NCBI RefSeq assembly: GCF_006345805.1
Contig: NC_043001.1
Coordinates: forward strand, 40,548,001 to 40,612,000
DNA from: Octopus sinensis
Taxonomy: Eukaryota
DNA: 64,000 bases
Direction of reading: 5' to 3'
A program made the position numbers and the translations under genes. Under the pieces are notes generated by a model. That model was not told the origin of the DNA. It searched no databases and saw only the letters and a program-made list of their open reading frames with translations. This document shows, one piece after another, positions 59,530 to 64,000 of the stretch (its first letter is position 1; each line of letters opens with the position of its first letter).

Positions 59530-60070
59530 TGACACCTATCTGTTATACTTGACTGACTACATCAGTAACTAGCCTGTACACTACTCTGCCAAACATTTTA
59601 AGCATCTTAGCAGTAATTTTCTTGGCATCAGGTATTTTCTCTGCTTTTTTATCCTTAACTACTTTATCTCTCATACAATCGTCAATTTGAATGAATGGTC
59701 CTTCTGCTGGCCCCTGTTGGGAAGTCTCTCTCCTATGTATTCTCTGCATTCAACATCCTCTGAAAAGCACTCCGTACCTCTTTCTTTTCAATGTTAGAGA
59801 AAAACTGTAATTATCATTCTATACACTTTTCCCCTTGTTGTCTTGATTCTCTCTCATCTATTGTCCTGTAATCTGGAAACACTTCATGTCTCAGAACATT
59901 AGCAAACTTCGTAGTTTCTGTTTCTTTCCTTGCTAAATTCACTTGATGTCTAAGTTTTCTTCTATCTACAGAGTACAACCCTCTGCTACCTTTTTTTTCC
60001 CCAATCTTTCCAGGCCTGTCTTTCAGGTGTTGTGGCTCTGTCTACATTACTATTTCATCACTATGTCACC
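59530..60070 (-). mobile_element. RTE-clade LINE fragment (RT N-terminal)
   Basis: GPFIQID...DKVVKD.K..K.PD...ITAKMLKM (GKAPGP.GITAEMLK-like); specific to copy B. Confidence 0.7.
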
Positions 60071-61004
60071 GTCCATCTAACTAGAACTCTACCTCAGCCA
60101 CAGATCTGATACATACACATACAGATATTTAAGTTTGTCACATATGAAATATTTATTTTTCTTTCTGAATAGTAGAATAAAAGAGAACACAATGTACAAA
60201 AACCACTCAAACATGGGAAGATTTTTGCTGTAGAAATTGTCTCTGGAGAGAAATTCTCCTTATAGACAATCAGTATGAAAAACATCCCACTCAGCTATGA
60301 AAGCCATACTACTAGACCATGTTTCTGCATTGTTGCTGTTTAAATATAAAAACAGCATTTCCTTGTGGGCTCTGAACAATGGATTCAGTGTCTGTAGTTT
60401 ATGAAGCCTAACAACATAGAAACACATGTCCTAAGATCTGATGACATCATTCATAGTACAAGGGTGGTTTTTCCACATACATTGTCTGTAAGAAGAATTT
60501 CTCTCCAGAAGCATATTTCACAGCAGAACTCTTCCTATGTTTGACTGTACATACCTACATTTCAGTCAACACTACTTAGTACTCCTCAAGTAAATGATTT
60601 ATTTCTTTTCCTCTAAACTAGATAAAAAAAAAACCCAACATTCAAATTTTTTTTAGACACTGTACTTTTTCCCAATACACTGTATTGGACCATGATGATG
60701 ATGACAATAACTAACCTTATTTCTTTAATCCTTTAGCATTCCAACTGGCCATATCTGGCCCAAATATTCTACATACCCTACATTCTCATTCTAGAAATTA
60801 ATAATCACATCATCAAAATCTCAAAGCTACAAGATTAATGTATGATATATACAAAGCTATGTTAATAAATAAGCATTTGACAGAGTAATTTGAATGGTAA
60901 AGGGTTAAAACTTTTTATTTTTATTTTTAGCAATTCCCAGTTAATGGTCCCAGTTTATTATTCCTCATTAGATGATGACGATGATAATATATGAAAACTA
61001 AATA

Positions 61005-61235
61005 GGGCGGCGAGCTGACAGAATCATTAGCATGCTGGGCAAAATGCTTAGCAGTATTTTGTCTGCCATTATGTTCTGAGTTCAAATTGCACTGAGGTCG
61101 ACTTTGCCTTTCATCTTTTTTCAGGTCAATTAAATAAGTACCACTTACGCACTGGAGTTGATGTAATCGACTTAATCCCTTTGTCTATCCTTGTGTGTCC
61201 CCTCTATGTTTAGCCCCCTGTTGGCAATAAAATAA
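61005..61235 (+). mobile_element. Second tRNA-SINE family (other copies ~3800-4025, 18710-18890, 19110-19460, 58615-58770)
   Basis: GGGCGGCGAGCTG..AGAATC A-box region, GAGTTCAAAT B-box, GTCGACTTTGCCTTTCATCC...TAAATAAGTACC central domain; probable TSD ATATATRAAAACTAAA. Confidence 0.8.
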
Positions 61236-61776
61236 ATATATAAAAACTAAAAACTGAAAAACTCTAGTATAGCTTACTATATTCAGTGTTTTATTTATTT
61301 TTGTTTTTATGGATACTATTACTTCGTTTCTTTTATGCTATTTTACTAGTTTCTTTTTTTCATTTCTATGTCACACTTCTGCTTTGTCTTCCCCTTTCAC
61401 TGTCAAATGTCATTCCAATGACCTTTAACAAGTCTTCTAAAATTTAGACTTTTATTTCTCTCTCAAATGGTCAACTAATCTAGTCCCATTCTCACTCCCT
61501 TCCCTTTGTTTCTCCACCCTACATTCTTTACATACTAAACTATTTCATAGTACACTGACCAGACATTTGACAGATAAATCTTATCATCACAAACATATAT
61601 AAACCTAGACTTCCATCATTTTATTGCACTCAGGTAAATTCTAAGGTGAAAGTAATATGATTGGTCTTGTTAAGTGTCATTATCTTAATAAACAAATATA
61701 TATTTTTCAAAAATGTCACACATATATATATATTTCTCCCCAAACATGATATATACTTCTCCAAAACTATATAAGT

Positions 61777-61856
61777 AAACTTTTTATTAGCTTAACACTT
61801 AAAATGAAGGGAAAGAGTCTTGACATTTTTGAGAAATACATAAAGTTTTGGATATG

Positions 61857-61900
<44 letters not shown>

Positions 61901-62024
61901 TGTGTGGTGTGTGTGTGTATATATACACACACACATATATATATATATCCAAAACATTATGAATTTCTCAAAAATGTCAAGACTCTTTCCCTTTCATTTT
62001 AAGTGTTAAGCTAATAAAAAGTTT
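61777..62024. repeat. Inverted repeat (~80-bp arms) around a TG/CA microsatellite
   Basis: 61777-61855 is the reverse complement of 61945-62024 with about 3 differences. Confidence 0.9.
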
Positions 62025-62087
62025 CTTAAAACCTGGTATTGTTTTCTTTTTTGAGCTCATTGCCTTCTTGTATTACACACGTGCACA

Positions 62088-62123
<36 letters not shown>

Positions 62124-62338
62124 CATGCATGCAAAATACACACAGTTATAATGAAATATTTGTAATCAGTAACTTCAGTTCCTTTGTTTTAATTCATTAG
62201 GACAGAAATAGTCATGAAATCCCTTTGAGTAAAACAATTTATCATCATTTCTGTTTTTAGTATCAGATTCTCAACAAAAGTTCAAATCACAGAAATTTAA
62301 AAAAAATGTTAAATGCATTGTAAGAAAACAAAGATTAC

Positions 62339-62451
62339 CTGCTTTAAAGGCTGCAAGATTCAGCAGCCACCATTCTGGGATTCTTGGAAGAATAATCATA
62401 ACAAAATCTCCTTTTTGAAGACCACATGAAACCTGGAGAATATTGGTCACT
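62339..62451 (-). pseudogene. Copy B exon 3 (open frame, splice sites intact)
   Basis: 3 differences from 34095-34207 (two synonymous, one C->F); AG/GT retained. Confidence 0.88.
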
Positions 62452-62503
62452 CTAAAAAATAAAAGATTAATTATTTAAGTTTTACTTATGTGTATGTGTG
62501 TAT

Positions 62504-62563
<60 letters not shown>

Positions 62564-63049
62564 ATGTGTGTGTATGTGGGGAAAGAATTTCTTAAAAATT
62601 CAAAACTATTTTTAATAATATGTTAGAGAGACAGAATGGCATGAACCTTTTGGAACGATGTTTTCATATTATAGAAACTTCAATCCAAAAGTTTTGTGTT
62701 ATTCTGTTTTTCTAAGATTAAAAAAAAATAGTTAATAGCTTTTAAAAAAATCTGTCTACAAATATTGTGAATGTATCAAGTATTTCTTACAAAAGAAATA
62801 AGCAGCCATGCCAGTGCCCCACATTGAAAGCACTCAGTACATTCTGTAAAGTGGCTGATCTTAGGAAGGACATTCAGCCATAGAAGCCGTGCCAAAACAA
62901 ACAAATGGAGCCTGGTCAGCTTCTGTCAATCCACCAACCCATGCCAGCATAGAAAATGGATGAGCACTTAGGTACAGTCTGGGTTCAGGCTAACTGCATC
63001 AAGTAGTAAGGAGCATCTAGGATTACTTATGATGAGCAATGCCATTGCA

Positions 63050-64000
63050 GTTGATCTGATGAGTAAATCCTGAGTTTGCTTCACTGGATTATGAATATTT
63101 TTGGGAGTGTAAATCCCAAACAATTACAATGAATACGGAGACTGGTATGATTGCCTAAATTGAACAAATATCATAAAATCTTTAATAGACACAATGTCAG
63201 ATTAGCCTTCTCTACAAGCAACAACCTAACAAAAATTATAGTGATACATAATACTAGGAGAATATCTGAATTCTAGAGTTCTGGAGACAGCAATAAAGTA
63301 GTTAGCAGAAATAATAGTAATACCAGTACTCCTAATGGTGGCAACCTAGAGCCAAAGAAATAAATAGCCAGCCTTGAAGGATCCTGAATACTACAATTAA
63401 ATATAGTTGCAGGGAAATGAGCACCCTAATAGAGGCAGACAGTGGAGGAGAGATGACTGTCACAATTCCTTCAGAAACTAGACTGGGTATAGCAATTGCT
63501 AGGCATAATAGGATAGAAACCCTCAGACAATAGTGAAAATGTAAACAATAGTAGATGAATAGTTACAGAAACAAGGAGGATATCTAGTTCTAGTCCCTCT
63601 AACATAGGTAGGATTAATAAGGAAAAAATGTTTGTAGTTGTAGAAAAAAGAAAATTTGTCCCACTTCTTTATAGGTGCATGCTTGACAAACTTCATTTAG
63701 ATTTGTTTAAGGATAGGATGAAAATGCACAACACCAGCTAAAGCATGTTCATTTGGTCCCTTAAAGATAGAAATGCAAGCATGAATACAAAATTGGCAAA
63801 AAATTAGTATAGCTGCATCTTATATAACAAGAGGAAAAATATGCAACATGTGCACAGAGGAAATTTTCCAGATATTCACACTTTCATAGGAGAACCTTTA
63901 AATACTTCCATACAAGTGATGAGTAAGTTAGTATCCATCATACAAATGGAAGATGTCTGAATTTACAGGATAAATCTGGTTTGGCTTTCAAGTAGTAATC
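63050..64000 (+). mobile_element. Penelope-like RT-linker/GIY-YIG relic
   Basis: KIFNRHNVRLAFSTSNNLTKII resembles the PLE linker; a downstream degenerate C..C.EE-like segment. Confidence 0.5.

Larger units (their letters stand above)
52478..62451 (-). pseudogene. Tandem partial duplicate of the ACSM-like gene (copy B), probably disabled
   Basis: Intact exon 3 (62339-62451) and exon 11 (52478-52558); 38-bp exon-10 fragment (56028-56065); 18-bp exon-4 stub with acceptor AG->AA (58791-58810); exons 5-9 not found; collinear intron homology to copy A from about 50.4 to 62.9 kb. Confidence 0.85.

Noticed and set aside
63056-63090. CTGATGAG as a canonical hammerhead core
   Set aside because: No downstream stem II plus GAAA; similar isolated CTGATGA hits at 6678, 16711, 57344 and 60439 also lack the fold.

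Overview
Eukaryotic, AT-rich, repeat-dense genomic DNA. The SINE families, RTE 3' tails and (TA/CA) arrays point to an Octopus-type cephalopod (inference). No prokaryotic features or CRISPR arrays. The main content is a minus-strand, multi-exon, mitochondrial medium-chain acyl-CoA synthetase gene (ACSM3-like). I traced 14 coding exons from the ATG at 48517 to 2239, all GT-AG, phase-consistent and stop-free; the last exons lie left of the window. Upstream (about 50.4-62.9 kb) is a tandem, collinear, partly deleted second copy with intact exons 3 and 11 and broken exons 4 and 10. The rest is introns full of SINEs, RTE LINE fragments, mariners, a hAT (Buster/Charlie-type) relic, Helitron/Helentron relics, Penelope-like relics, foldback elements and multi-kb microsatellites. 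Most notable: candidate minimal hammerhead-ribozyme motifs in intron 4; a foldback element with an inverted 8-bp TSD-like pair and a 40-bp mini-derivative; a CpG-rich foldback element with NRF1-type palindromes just upstream of the ATG; templated-insertion repair junctions. All coordinates were read by eye; repeat boundaries are approximate.
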